Source: Mobula birostris (taxonomy: Eukaryota). From it: 64,000 nucleotides of DNA. A model generated the notes under the pieces. It saw only the letters and a list, made by a program, of their open reading frames with translations. It searched no databases and had not been told where the DNA came from. Position 1 is the stretch's first letter, and every line of letters begins with the position of its first letter. Where the stretch lies: assembly GCF_030028105.1 (NCBI RefSeq), contig NC_092402.1:33154843-33218842 (forward strand). The letters are read 5' to 3'. A program made the translations under genes and the position numbers. This document shows, in pieces, positions 9,727 to 22,436 of this stretch.

Positions 9727-12700
9727 AATCATGGCTTGGCTTCGCAGACAGGGATTTAGGAAGGGGGCTGCCCACGCCAGCTGCAGGTTTGCTGGTGGCT
9801 GACGAGACCAATACGGGACAGGCAGGTCTGGCCACAGTGGCTGCAAGGGAAACTCTGTTCTGGGTTTGGTGCTGCTGTGTCACGGTTCTTCCTCCTTCTC
9901 CTTTTGTCCTCAATGCCAGCCCTGCGTGCGTTCTCAAAGGAGGAGACAGACTGGTAAATGGTGTGTCGCCAGGACTCGCGATCAGAGGCTAGATTAGATC
10001 ACTGGCGATGGCCAATGTGACAGGCACCAAGGGATCTCTTCAGAGGGACCTTGTATCCCTTCTTTGGTGCCCCTCTGTCACGGTGGCCAGTGGAGAGTTC
10101 GCCATACAGCACAATCTTGGGCAGGCGATGATCCTCCATCCTGGAGATGTGCCCTGCCCAGTGCAGCTGTGTCTTCAGCAGCATGGCCTCAACGCTGGTG
10201 ACCTCCGCCTGTTCGAGGACTTCGATGTTGGTGACGAAGTCACTCCAGTGGATGTTGAGGATGGTGCGGAGGCAGCGCTGGTGGAAACGCTCAAGGAGTC
10301 GTAGGTGGTGACGGTAGGTGACCCATGACTCGGAGCCGTACAGGAGGGTGGTCAGTACAATGGCTCTGTACATGCTGATCTTTGTGCATTTCTTCAAATG
10401 CTTGTTGTTCCAGACTCTTTTGTACAGCCTGCCGAATGCGCTGTTTGCCTTTGCCAGTCTGTTGTCAATCTCTTTGTCGATCTTGGCATCTGACGAGATG
10501 GTGCACCCCAGATAGCTGAACTGGAGGACTGTCTTCAGCTGTACCTCAATGACGGTGATGCAGGGAGGGTGGTAATCTTCCTGAGGTGTAGGCTGATGGA
10601 GAATTTCTGTCTTCTTCAAGCTGACTTCCAGTCCGAAGAGCTCAGCAGGATGTTATACGCTGCAGGGCTGTCTCTGTGTGGGCGCCAAGGGCAGCATCAT
10701 CGGTGAAGAGTAGCTCTCGGATGAGTTGCTCCAATGTCTTGGTGTGGGACTGTAGTCGCCTCAGGTTGAACAGGCTGCCATCGGTGCGGTGTCGGATGTA
10801 GACACCGTCCTCGTCATCAAGGTCTTCTGTGGCCCTTTCGAGCATCATGCTGAAGAAGATGGTGAAGAGAGTCGGTACGAGGACACGTCCTTGCTTTACT
10901 CCATTGCCTATTGGGAAGGGTTCTGAGAGGTCATTGTTGTGTCTGACTTGGCCACTCTGATCGTCATGTAGCTGGATGACCATGCTGAGGAACTTTGGGG
11001 GACATCCCAGTCGTTCCATGATTTGCCACAGGCCTTCCCTGCTCACGCTGTGGAACGCTTTGGTAAGGTCGACAAACATCATGTACAATCCCTTGTTCTG
11101 TTCCCTACGTTTCTCTTGGAGCTGCCTGAGAACAAATACCACGTCGGTGGTGAACCTGTTTGCTCTGAAGCCACACTGGCTCTCTGGGAGGTGTTCTTCT
11201 GCAATGATGGGCACCAATCTGTTCAGGAGTACTCTTGCAAGGATTTTTCCTGCGATAGAGAGAAGAGTTATCCCCCGGTGGTTGGAGCAGTCAGACTTGT
11301 CCCCCTTGTTCTAATACAGGGCGATGATGACTGCATCACAGAGGTCCTGTGGTCGTTTACCTTGTTCCCAGCAGCAGGCAAAGAACTTGTGGAGTTTGGC
11401 GTGTAACGCTGGGCCCCCATGTTTCCAATTCTCAGGTGGGATTCCATCAACTCCTGCTGCCTTGCCATTTTTTAGCTGCTCTATGGCCTTGACTGTCTCT
11501 TCTAGGGTTGGAATCTTGTTCAGTTCTGTCTTCTCTGGCTGTTGTGGGATGCGATGAATTGCTGAGTCTTGGACCATGCGGTTGGCGCTGACAAGAGTCT
11601 GGAAATGTTTCAGGATGGACGCCTGTCTGTGAAGAGCGCCTGACCGTCTGCACTGCGCAAGGGACTCTGGACCTGGTGCAAAGGGCTATACACCGCTCTC
11701 AGGGCTTCATAAAACCCTCTGTAGTCACTGGTGTCTGCGCAAAGCTGAGTTCTCTTTGCGAGGTTGTTCCACCACACGTTCTGAATCTCTCGAAACTTGC
11801 GCTGGAGGTTGGTGCATACAAGGTGGAAGGCTGCTTTCTTATCAGGACAAGACGGCTGAGCAAGGTGCACCTGGTGGGCAGATCTCTTCTTCGCCAGCAA
11901 TTCTTGGATCTCCTGGTTATTTTCATCAAACCAGTCCTTGTCCTTTGTGGAAAACCCTAGGACTTCTTCAGAAGTTTGCAGGATGGTGGATTTTAGGTGT
12001 TCCCAAAGCAGACAGCTTTCACTTCAGCTGACTGGAGGTTGCCAACCTGAAACTTTTTCCTTGGAGCGCCTCCTCTCGTTGGCTTGGGTTTGAAATGGAG
12101 ACTGAGTTTGCAGCGGACAAGACGATGGTCCGTATGACACTCTGCGCTAGGCATCACTCGGGTGAGTAAGAAGTCCCGAAGGTCTCTCTGGTGCACCAAG
12201 ATGTAGTCTATGAGGTGCCAATGCTTGGACTGAGGATGCATCCAGGTTGTCTTCAGACGGTCTTTCTGCTGGAAAATGGTGTTAGTGGTGGTGAGTTGCT
12301 GCTCCGTGCAAAACTCTAACAGAAGGTGCCTGTTGTTGTTGCAGTTTCCAACACCATGTTTGCCAAGAACTCCTTTCCAGGCTTCTGAATCTTGGCCTAC
12401 TTTGGCATTGAAGTCGCCAAGGATGAAGACCTTGTCGTCTGCAGGGCCATTCCGTACGAGGTTGCGCAGATCAATGTAAAACTTGTCCTTTTCTGCAGGA
12501 TCCACTTGAGTACATGCTGAAGAGTGTGGCATGCTGCTTGGTTCAAAGTGGGAGGCGCATGGAGATGATGTGGTCGGAGTGACCCGTTGTCAATTTTTCA
12601 AGTTTGGAGGCAATGGAGTTCCTGACCATAAAGCCAACACCAGAAAGGCGCCTCTCAGTCTCTGGCTTGCCTGGCCAGTAGAGGGTGTAGCCGGCACCAT

Positions 12701-13746
12701 GTTCTTGAAGTTTGCCTTCCTCTGTGAAGCAGACTTCACTGAGAGTAGCAATATCGACATTCAGTCTTGAAAGTTCATGCGCAACTAGAGCGGATTGTCG
12801 TTCTGGGTGACCACTGTCTGCTTTATCGAGCATGATTCTGATGTTCCAGCATGCGAGCTTTAGTCCTTGCACTCCTTGCGAGGCAGGTGTGTACCTTTTC
12901 TTTTTTGTTGTTGTTCAATTGCATTTGAGGATGCCCGTTGACCGCGGCTAGCCAACTGGGGGAATGGAAACGAGCTTTAGTTAGGCCACCTTTTCTATGC
13001 CCCTCTCCATGTGGAGCAAGCAGTGCTGTCCCCAGAGAAGGCTGCTTGGTCGTTCAGGGTGCTGCTAAATGATATCACCGTATCCGGGGTCAACATCAGA
13101 CGACCCATACACCTGAACCGCCTGCGGCTTCCAGTGTCATCTTCCACCTGCTGTTTTCGCCCCTTTCCCATCGCTGCAGGGCTTGATGAATGGTCGGGGA
13201 GGATGGTCGTAGACGTGGGCGTGTCCCTCGGCCTGTGCAGTGGTATTTTAGGTGGAGTGCAGTGCGCGCGGTACCGGCCCCACCCTTTACACCGGGGTTC
13301 ATCTGCCATAGCCTAGCAAGCTGGGACGGTGACAGCGAGGTCTCCGGGTCGTAGGAGTTACGTCGGAGTGTCCTTCTCCTGGGTGGATGGTCTGATGAGG
13401 CTAACGAGCCCCACCTGCTGGGGTTTGGATTCAGAGTTCTCCTTCTCTTAGGCTGGCCGCCAGCCAAGGCTCACGAGCCCGGCCTACCCATCCAGTTATA
13501 CCACTGGACACTCGATCGCACCATGACGTAGCAAGCTCGGTGGAAACGGTGGGGGGGGGGGCACCGACGAGAAGGTGTTGCTACAGACTCAGTAATGTAG
13601 GAGAGGCCATTTGCAGTGGCCTTCTGCCTAGCAGGCCAGACAGTGACCACGCGGCGACCACTGCACTGGGAAAGGAGAGGCGATTCATTGCACGTTCACT
13701 TTCCCTGGGTGAGCGGGACGTCAGGCCCAGACCTCACCCACCCTCC
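9727..13746 (-). mobile_element. Near full-length RTE-clade (BovB/Expander-like) LINE, frameshifted
   Basis: ~0.85-kb GC-rich 5'UTR; endonuclease (LACWNIR, LSEV, LGDFNA, IDYI, TDH); RT (ESQCGFR, FVDLTKAF, GVKQG, LFTDD); C-terminal LLYGSESW, WAGH and a terminal CxxC..H finger; 3' end gcgaagccaagccatgat. Confidence 0.92.
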
Positions 13747-13911
13747 TAGTGTACATATTGTACACTATGTACAATAGAATAACACAGTAAAATTACTGTG
13801 GTTTGACATCGCAAATACTTGCCCTGGTATGACTCCAACCTTCATTTACTTAAGTTTGAAAGGGGGGGGTGAGAGATTTTAAAGTAAATGTCACACAGCT
13901 GGTCTAATTGA

Positions 13912-14092
13912 TGATTGGTAATTTGTTCATTATCGTCACATGTACCAAGATCCAGTAAAAAGCTTATTTTGTATGCTATCTGGACAGCTCGTTCCAAACA
14001 TAAGTACATTGAAATAATACAAAAGGAAAAGCAAGGACAGAATTCAGAATAGAGTGTTACAGCTACTGAGAAAGTGCAGTCTGTAGAAGGAA
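13912..14092 (-). mobile_element. Old Rex1-like 3' tail fragment
   Basis: Similar to the 3' ends at 18362 and ~51095 (ttggtaatttg..ttatcgtcacatgtacc..). Confidence 0.5.
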
Positions 14093-14237
14093 AATAGTTC
14101 ACATTTCAAATCTAAGAACTTTAGTCAAAACCAACAAAACATATTGGACCTGAAATATTGGCGATTGCTCTTTCCACAGATACTGGCAGACCTGCTGAAT
14201 GTTTCCAACATTTTCTCTGTCTACTCAAAACCATAAC

Positions 14238-14806
14238 GGACTTCCAGTTAAGATGGCGACAGCTTAAGTCACTAAAACTATTGCTCCGCTCTGTTTCATC
14301 TACCTGCTTTCCTTTATTTTACTTCTTACTCTTCCTCCCACTATTGAATCTGCTGGCTGCACAATGAGTGTACCTAAGACTACTAAATCGGCAAAAAAAG
14401 ACATTCCATCGGGAGCCACCTTGAGTGAAATTGTATCGCTGTTAAAACAAACCCGACAGGATATGTTTTCCCAATTTGGTTCGTTGGAACTGAAACTGGG
14501 TAAAATTAACTCTACACTGGAGAATCATGCTCAACGTTTATCACATGTTGAAGAAGTTACGGAGAAGTTAGATCGTCGTTGTAAAGAGCTGGAAAAAGTT
14601 TGCTTTACCATAAAAGAGCACAATAGCAAGTTAACTCTTAAAGTTATGAATCTTGAAGGCAGGAGTAGACGCAAAACTCTTCGAATTCTCGGTTTGCCGG
14701 AGGCTGTTGAAAGTGGATCTTCTATCAAATTTTCCTCAAACTTTCTATGTGAGATTTTTGGAAGTGAAATACTTTCCAGTCCTCCAGAGATCGATCGAGC
14801 ACATTC
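14238..14806 (+). mobile_element. L1-type 5'UTR plus ORF1 fragment, 3'-truncated
   Basis: Begins ggacttccagttaagatggcg (YY1-type motif typical of L1 5' ends). ORF 14364 has a coiled coil followed by LEGRSRRKTLRILGLPE...PEIDRAH (L1 ORF1 RRM). Confidence 0.85.
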
Positions 14807-15584
14807 CTCAGACAAACAGTACTGGTTCATTTTCAGCCTGCGGTCTGGTAGCTCTCAACTCACTGATTCAGAATTTAATCGCATAGCACGTGTATTGTTT
14901 GATTGACTTAAAGTTTAAAATTAATTATTGATTATGACCATCTCTCTTTATTGCTTGTAGAGCATAAAGGAACTTTGAATTGCATGTTTCAGTGCAAACT
15001 GCATGGATTCTGCAAGTCATGCAGAAATAAAATAAATCATCATGCAACTTGTGGCCTGTTCTTTGACGTGCTTAACATTAGCAACCATAGGCACCATGAT
15101 GTGGCATCTCCTTCACTCAGTTTTTTCCTCCTTTGAATCCATATTCACCATCCCTTAACTCCCTTATTTTGGCATCAAGATTTTTTCAGTGCAAGTTCAC
15201 TTTTTTAGCATTATGTTAATATGTGAACTTAGAGTCAGATCAGGAGTGCAACAGCTGGTTATTAAAGGCAGAACCATAAAAATTTTGGTGTAATTTCTGA
15301 CAGAGAAAAATAAATGCTTTAAGCGACCAAAAGAATCACGTTAAAAGGTTCAGACAACGTCCTCAGTTATGAACCTGGAACTACAGTATCATCTTAACCT
15401 TGAGATAAGATGCCCTGAGATCACTGCCACACTTTGACCGCTATGTTGAAATAAATGCTTGTCTGGACTGAAATTACATAGCTGTCAGATAAGCATTTCT
15501 ATCCACCCTTCTTTCTACTGCTTATACTTGTGGCGTTAAAATGCATCCTGTACAGTTTGAAATGCAAGAACATATCATGGAAAT

Positions 15585-15815
15585 TGGCACAGTGGTTCAT
15601 CTACTGAATCTGATGCCTCACAGCTTCACCGACCTAGATTCAATCCTAATCTTTGCTACCATCTGTGTGAAGTTTGCTTATTCTCAGAAATGCCCAGGTA
15701 GGTTCCCACTGAGTGCACTGGTTTTCTCAAAAATCCTAAAGATGTGCTCATTGGTAGATTAAATGGCCTCTATAAATTCACCAGACCCATGTTTCTTGTA
15801 CTATGACTCTATGAT
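15585..15815 (+). mobile_element. Degenerate tRNA-derived SINE (HE1/V-SINE-like)
   Basis: A-box-like ggcacagtgg, B-box-like gattcaatcc, V-domain-like core and a CR1-like tail (tactatgactctatga). Confidence 0.6.
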
Positions 15816-17149
15816 AATCCCAGCTTCTATGGCAAAATAACCACATCCGATTAGCCTGAGGGACTTTCAGGTGTATTTAAGTACAAATCAATTTTTGACT
15901 AAAAAGAGCCACTTTACCTGAAGGTACTGAACAATTGATTTCTATCTGTAATGAAATGCTTCATGCTAGGTTAAGTTATAAATCTTTCAAAGGGTTCAAA
16001 CATCCTCATCCTTGTTTTCAGGTGAAATCAGTTATGCTAGAGACCACAGAATGCATTAATGGTAAAATTCCCATGGAGAACAGGAACCTTCCTAGCATGC
16101 ATCCTTGCTGTTGTTGGAAGGACAGGTAAATCTGCCCACAGGTCCTCCGATGGAAAATGGCTGCCATTAACAAAAGAAGGACTACTGCAAACAAACTGGG
16201 CTCTGTCGCTTGTTCTAGTCCCTGGTGGGTGATCTATAATCTGACTGGACTTGGGTTTATGGGGAAGATATTTGTGTTTTTGTCAGCACCTCAAAATTTA
16301 ATACGTGCAATCAAAATAGGCTATAAAGACATCTAGACTGAAGGATTCATGATTGCAGATACATCAATTATTTATTTAGTCTTAGCCGTTAGGGAAAAAA
16401 TAGTGGGCTCAGTTCTGAAATAGCATTTAAATTTAAATCATATAAATGTAATAACATTCATTTGTTCAGTGCTATATAGTTCTTGCTTTAAAATTGCATT
16501 TTTCACTTGTTGTAATATTCTACTGTGATAACTTACCTTGGTGAGATCTTAACTGATGTAATAAAGTTATGATTAATTGTCATCGGAACCACCTATAACA
16601 TGCAATTATACGTTCATTATACAAGTTACAAGCCACCTGCTATCCAACCATAACAATATATTTTTGCATTCATTTAGGCCATTGGTGAATAAGCTAACTA
16701 CAATTTAGACAGACTCATGATATAAAATTGATCACATTTATAATCAGTTAGGAATTGTAATAATCAGGAGCAGTAAGCAAAGAATTAGTTTTACCATGCA
16801 ACTTCACAATGAAGTGCTGTTTGTGAAGTGATTAATGTACCACTTAAAATGTGGTCCTGTTGGAGACTGAGCACAGTCATGTGATTAAACCGTTAGGAGA
16901 TGTAACCAGGACTTGACAAACAGGCAGCAACAATGCAATTTTCTGTAAACTTTCCATTTTTAAAATTTTGACAGCTATCCATACAAAGTAATACCACTTC
17001 TTCTAAAAAACTTTGAGCAGCCCGATTAGCATTTACAGTCATACTTCAGTAGGTGAAGGGGCTCTTCGAAATGAACTTTTTAAAAATTAGCTTAATTATA
17101 TGGATGTTGCTATAACAGTGCATGTCATAAATGAATATTGTATTTTTTT

Positions 17150-17815
17150 CTTAGAATAGTGCAATACAAGCCTTTGGTCTATGATGTCTGTGATGACCAT
17201 GTTAACAATTTAAACTGCTTATCTGCCAGCACATAGTCCACATCCCCCCATTCCCTGCTTGTTTACGTGTCTGTCTACACACTGCTATCATATTTGGCAG
17301 CACAGTCCAGGCACTTGCTACTTTCTGTGTTAACAAAAAACACTTGTTTTTTAAGTTTTGTAAAGGTGGCACAGTAGCATAGCAGTTGACGTCACACTTT
17401 ACAGCACCAGTGATCTGGGTTCAATTCTGCCACTGCTGTTTGTAAAAGGAGTTTGTACGTTCTCCCCATGACCGTGTGAGTTTCCTCCTGGTGCTTCGGT
17501 TTCATCCCACATTCCAAAGACATACGGGTTAGTAAGGATGATTAAAATGTGAGCATGCTATGTTGGCGCCAGAAGCATGGTGACACCTGGGGGCTGCCCC
17601 CAGAACATCCTTGGACTGTATTGCCCGTTGACACAAACGATGCACTTTCACATAAGTTTTAATGTTTCAATGTATACGTGACAAATAAAGCTAATCTTTA
17701 AAATCCCCTTCTCACCTTAAAGCTATGCCCTCTGTTATTTGATGTTGCTACTCTATCTATCCTATCTATGCCCCTCATAATTTTATACACATCTATCAGG
17801 TCACCTCTTAGCCCC
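17150..17815 (-). mobile_element. Old CR1 3' fragment interrupted by a SINE
   Basis: Minus translation LRGDLIDVYKIMRGIDR...RGHSFKVR. Confidence 0.7.
17364..17697 (+). mobile_element. tRNA-derived V-SINE/HE1-like SINE
   Basis: ggtggcacagtag (A box), gggttcaattc (B box), ggagtttgtacgttctcccc..tttcctcc..catcccacattccaaagac core, aataaa tail. Confidence 0.8.
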
Positions 17816-18361
17816 AAGAATTGATTTGGTTGAATGATATTACATACTGAACTGTACTGAAGTTTTGGGAAATCAAAGAGACATTGGTTGCCTAAATCAT
17901 TTTTGGGGATCAATATTGTCTTGGCAGTTAATCTGCCATAAACCAACTCTGACATCAGTATGAGCCTTTTGTCTTTTAAAACTATTGTCAGAAGATAAAC
18001 AATGATAGCATTAAAGCAACAATAATGTTAATCCATTGGCATTCTCTAGTCTACCATTCTGAAGCAGGTGAGGTGGAGATGAGACTGTGGTGAGACATAT
18101 TATTCTAATTTTGCATTAATACAATAGTAATCCAGGAGTGATCACATGAACTTGATATGAATATATTAATTAGAATGCAAAAGTTTAAACATTATATCAT
18201 TGTAGTCATTTGGGCAATTGATATTGTTAGTGACAGTGAAAATATATTTTTGTAAGAATTAATAATATTGAAGACACTGTGGGTTCGACATATTGGAAGC
18301 TATCCATCTTGTGTATAAGATAAATGGTAATCAAAACACTACAATGGTAAGATTTAACTTT

Positions 18362-19110
18362 ATTTGGTAAATTGGGTTATTATTATCCCATACCGAGGTA
18401 CAGTCAAAAATGTGTCTTGCATAATTTCATTACAACAGTGGGATAGAACAAGGTAAAATAATATCACGGTGCAGAATAAAATGAAAAAGCTTACAGAGAA
18501 AATGCAGTGTAGGTAGACAATAAGGTGCAAAACCATAACACAATAGACTGTGGAGTCAAAAGACCAAATTATTATACTAGCAGATCATTCAATACCCTCG
18601 TAATAGTGGGATAGAAGCTGTACTTAATCCTGGTGGTAAATGCTATTGGGCTTTTGTATCTCCTGCCTAACTGGAGAAGGAGAAGAGAGAAAAAGGAGGT
18701 GGGTGGGGTCTTTGATTATGCTGGTTGTTTTATCAAGGCAGTGAGAAGTGTAGACAGAGGCTACGGAGGGGGAGGCTGGTTTTCGTGATGTGCTGAGCTG
18801 TGCTTACAACTCTCTTCAGTTTCTTGTGATCTTGGGCAGAGCAGTTGCCATATTAAGCAGTGATGCGTCTGGATAGGATGCATTCTCTGGTGCATTGATA
18901 AAAATTGCTGAGGGTCAAAGGAGACATGCCAAATTTCTTTAGCTTCTGAGGATGCAGAGGTGCTGGTGAGCTTTCTTGGTCATGGACCAAGACAGATTAT
19001 TGTTGATGTTCACTCCATAGAACTTGAAGCTCTCAACCCTCTTGACCTCAGCTCAGTTGATGTAAACAGGAGTATGTGCACAGCCTCCCTCCCTGAAGTC
19101 AATGACCATC
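18362..19110 (-). mobile_element. Old Rex1-like 3' portion
   Basis: Resembles the 3' part of the Rex1 copy at 5621-6450 (cctggtggt...ttttgtatctcctgcc..., aatttcttt..cttctgagg). Confidence 0.7.
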
Positions 19111-19224
19111 TGATTAATATAAAAATGGCTCAAAAGCATCAATGAGCAACACATTTTTAAAAACCCACGCCACACAGCTTTTTGTAAGGTCAAAGGAAGA
19201 TTTTTGATTGGGCAGAATGTATAG

Positions 19225-19500
19225 CATAGGGTGCAGCTAGTAAACCCTCAGCGCAGTGCTCGGAGTTTAATCCTGAGCTCCAGTGCTGTCTATGTGGCAG
19301 TTCACATCCTTCCGGTGGCCATGTGGGCTTTCTTTTTGGTCTTCTGGTTTTCTCTCTTATCTAAAGGACTGGTCACTTTAAATGGCCCCTCATATATAGC
19401 TAAACGATGGAATGTTGGGAGAATTGATGGAAATTTAGTGAGACTAGATTACAAAGAAAATTAATGGTGGAACTGGCTTACCTTGTAAACTGGTATAGAC
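19225..19500 (+). mobile_element. Highly degenerate HE1-like SINE
   Basis: gagtttaatcctgagctccagtgctgtctatgtgg..ttcacatccttcc..catgtgggcttt resembles the SINE cores at 17364 and 36366. Confidence 0.5.
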
Positions 19501-21000
19501 TATATGCAAATTAGCCTCTTTCCCTGTCATAAGAAAGTATTGCAACATGAGAATATTAGTGTAAAACATAAGGGTTAGACCTGAATGCGACTGTAAATCA
19601 ATCTGGGAAATTTTATCATGATGGAACCATGCTATTGGTAAAGATATTGCACAGGAATATTGTATCAACAGAAAAAAGTTATGAGCAATGCATTAGATGT
19701 TTCAATAGAACTTACATTATACATGCAATAATAGGAAAGGAAACATAAGAATGTGCAAGCTTCATGAGCTATGTCTCTCTCACAATTGCGCTTGTGTTTA
19801 AAGCAAAGTCCTTATAAATTGTCCTGTGATGAAGCTATGGTTAAATCAGCGAGTTGCTGGGCAGCACAGCTCAGTGGGCCGGAAGGGCCTGTTGCACACT
19901 GTATCACTAAATAAAATAAAAAATAAATATTCACACTTCCTTGGAGAGGATCACACGGTGGGATTGTAGGTCATAAAGCAGCAACATCCAAGGAGTCTTC
20001 TATTTTCAATTTTTCTAGCACAGAAAATTTAGCCCGAAAGCCAATGTGGGGGGGGGGGTGTCAATAACATTCCTCATCAATTTTGCAAAATTATTTTCAT
20101 ATGGTGATTTATAAAACCTGCTTAAAACCCCATTTATTTCCTCATGATGATTGTGTTACGGTAGCACATCAGACTGGTGTCATTTCCAACATTATTAAGC
20201 TCTGAGAACAGCACACAATAAAAGAAAAAAACTGCATTTCTGATTGCTTCACAGCATTGCAGAGCTGCAGTAATAACAATTATGGATATTGGATTGGATT
20301 GGAGATGTGACCATAACTTTTCTGGTCTCTGTCACATTGAGAAGACAGTGCCATTGGAAGACAGCAGCATTTAAACTCTAGCTTGAAGAGAGAGAAAAAG
20401 ATTTGCACTCTGATGGCACTTTTCATGACAGGAGTTCCAAATGAAGCCAATTAAATACTTTTGAAGTCTTTAAACTTATTTACATAATTGGCACTGATTT
20501 GACCAAAATTTATTTTCTATCAGTAATTGCCCTTAAGAAAATAATGGTGAGCAATCTTCTTGAAGTATTGGAGCAAGTGTAGTTGAGGGCTGTTGGAAGG
20601 AAGGACAGGGCTGTATATAAGTCAGAACATGGCCATCTGACCTTAAGAAGCAGAAAAAGTCTATTTTCACACTCCCAATCCCTGTGGCTTTTCACAATAA
20701 AAGTTTATTCGATTTTCCCAAATGACAATGTACCTAAAACAAAACTTATGCTGCAAGTTAGCAAGTATGAGTTGTAAAATAAAACCATGTGCCAACAGAG
20801 CAATGCTGGGAATGGGGCCAAAGCTACAGACTGAATGAAGATGGGAGCCGGGAGTAGGATCAGGTATACTGAAGCAGCAGGACCAGGAATGGGAGCTGAA
20901 GGGTGGAATGTAGCTAGGAGCAGGTGGAGTCAGAACGGAAGCATGGTCATGAATGGTGCTGGGGGCTGCAACATTGTCTTGAACATGGACTGATATGCCT

Positions 21001-21910
21001 TAAGACAATAAGACCATAAGGCATAGAACCTGAATTAGGCCATTCAGCCAATTGAGTCTGCTCTGCCATTCAATCATGGTCAATTTATTATCCCTCTCAA
21101 CCCCATTCTCCTGCCCTCTCCCCATGATCTTTGATACCCTGACTAATCAATCTCCATTTTAAATATCCCCAATGACTTGACCTCCACAGCCATCTGTGGC
21201 AATGAATTCCACAGATCCACCACACTATGACTTAAGAAATTCCTCCTCATCTCTGCTCGGAAGGACTTCTTTCTATTCTGAGGCTGTGCCCTCTGGTCCT
21301 AGACTCTCCCACTATTGAAAGCATTCTCTCCATGTCCATTCTACTTAGGCATTTCAATATATAGTAGTTTCAATGAGATCCCTCTTCATTATTCTAAACT
21401 CCAAAGAGAACAGTCCAGGAGCCATCAAGCACTCCTCATATGTTAACTTTTCATTCCTGAGACTATTCTCACAAACTTCCTCTGGATCCTCTCCAATGCC
21501 AGCACATCCTTTCTTAGATCAGGGGCCCAAAACCGCTCACAACACAACAAATGTGGTCTGATCAATGCCTTATAAAGCCTCTGCATTACATCCTTGTTTT
21601 TTTTTATGTTCCAGTCATCTCAAAATGAACGCTAACATTGAATTTACTCTCCTTCCTACCAACTCAACCTACAAGTTAACATTTAGGGAATTCTGCACTC
21701 GGATCCCTATGTCCCTTCACATCTCTGATTTCTGAATTCACTCTCCATTTAGAAAACAGTCGATGCCTTTATTCTTTCTACTAAAGTGCATGACCATACA
21801 CTTCCCTCCACTGTATTCCATCTGCCACTTTGCCCATTCGCCTAATCTGTCCAAGTCCTTCTGCAGACTCCTTACTTCCTTAGCACTACTTGTCCCTCCA
21901 CCTATCTTTG
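21001..21910 (-). mobile_element. CR1 3' fragment
   Basis: Tail taagacaataagaccataag; homologous to the reverse complement of 4450-5310. Confidence 0.85.
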
Positions 21911-22436
21911 TTATAATCCTCGCAGAGAGGGAGGACTGTAACGTTGAAGGAAGTGGTTTGTAGGAATTCTGTTGGGGGGCAATCTCAAAGTAAGGGGATT
22001 AAAGGACAGGGAGGCAAGAGGCTGTAAGTCATCAAGGGAAGGGCAAGGGGCATGTGAGGAGGGAGGCAATGGGCAAGGGCACCAGTCCCTGAGTGTTTGC
22101 GTGAATGTGTTAATGAAATGATAGAAATAGAGATGCATGAATAGATATACCCATAAAACATAACCTGGTTTCCAATCATTACCACTGATTAGAACCTCGA
22201 TCTCTCAAGTCCATGTGATGGCCTCTATGCAATGGCTATCCCACCATAACAGAAATCAGACATAGCCTACCTCAGATCCACTTCCTGATTTCTAAACTGA
22301 TTTTTATTGACTCTTGAGGGACTGAAAACACAGTTTCCAATGCAAGCTCAGAGATGGTTATAGAAGATGATAAAAGATCCTTGCACTAAATTGTAGCTTG
22401 ATAATGCTGGTAAGCAAAAAAGACTAAAGAAGCAAT

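Noticed and set aside
13390-13415. ctgatga-ggct-aacg-agcc resembling a hammerhead 5' core plus stem II
   Set aside because: It is followed by ccac rather than GAAA, and it is the antisense of the RTE 5'UTR motif.
16022-16125. Candidate exon with ttttcag acceptor and cag|gtaaat donor
   Set aside because: The translation matches no protein I recognise, and such sites occur by chance; unsupported without RNA data.
17364-17440. tRNA-like A/B boxes
   Set aside because: This is a SINE head with no full cloverleaf, not a tRNA gene.
20805-20990. Purine-rich, weakly periodic stretch
   Set aside because: No clear repeat unit or recognisable coding signal.
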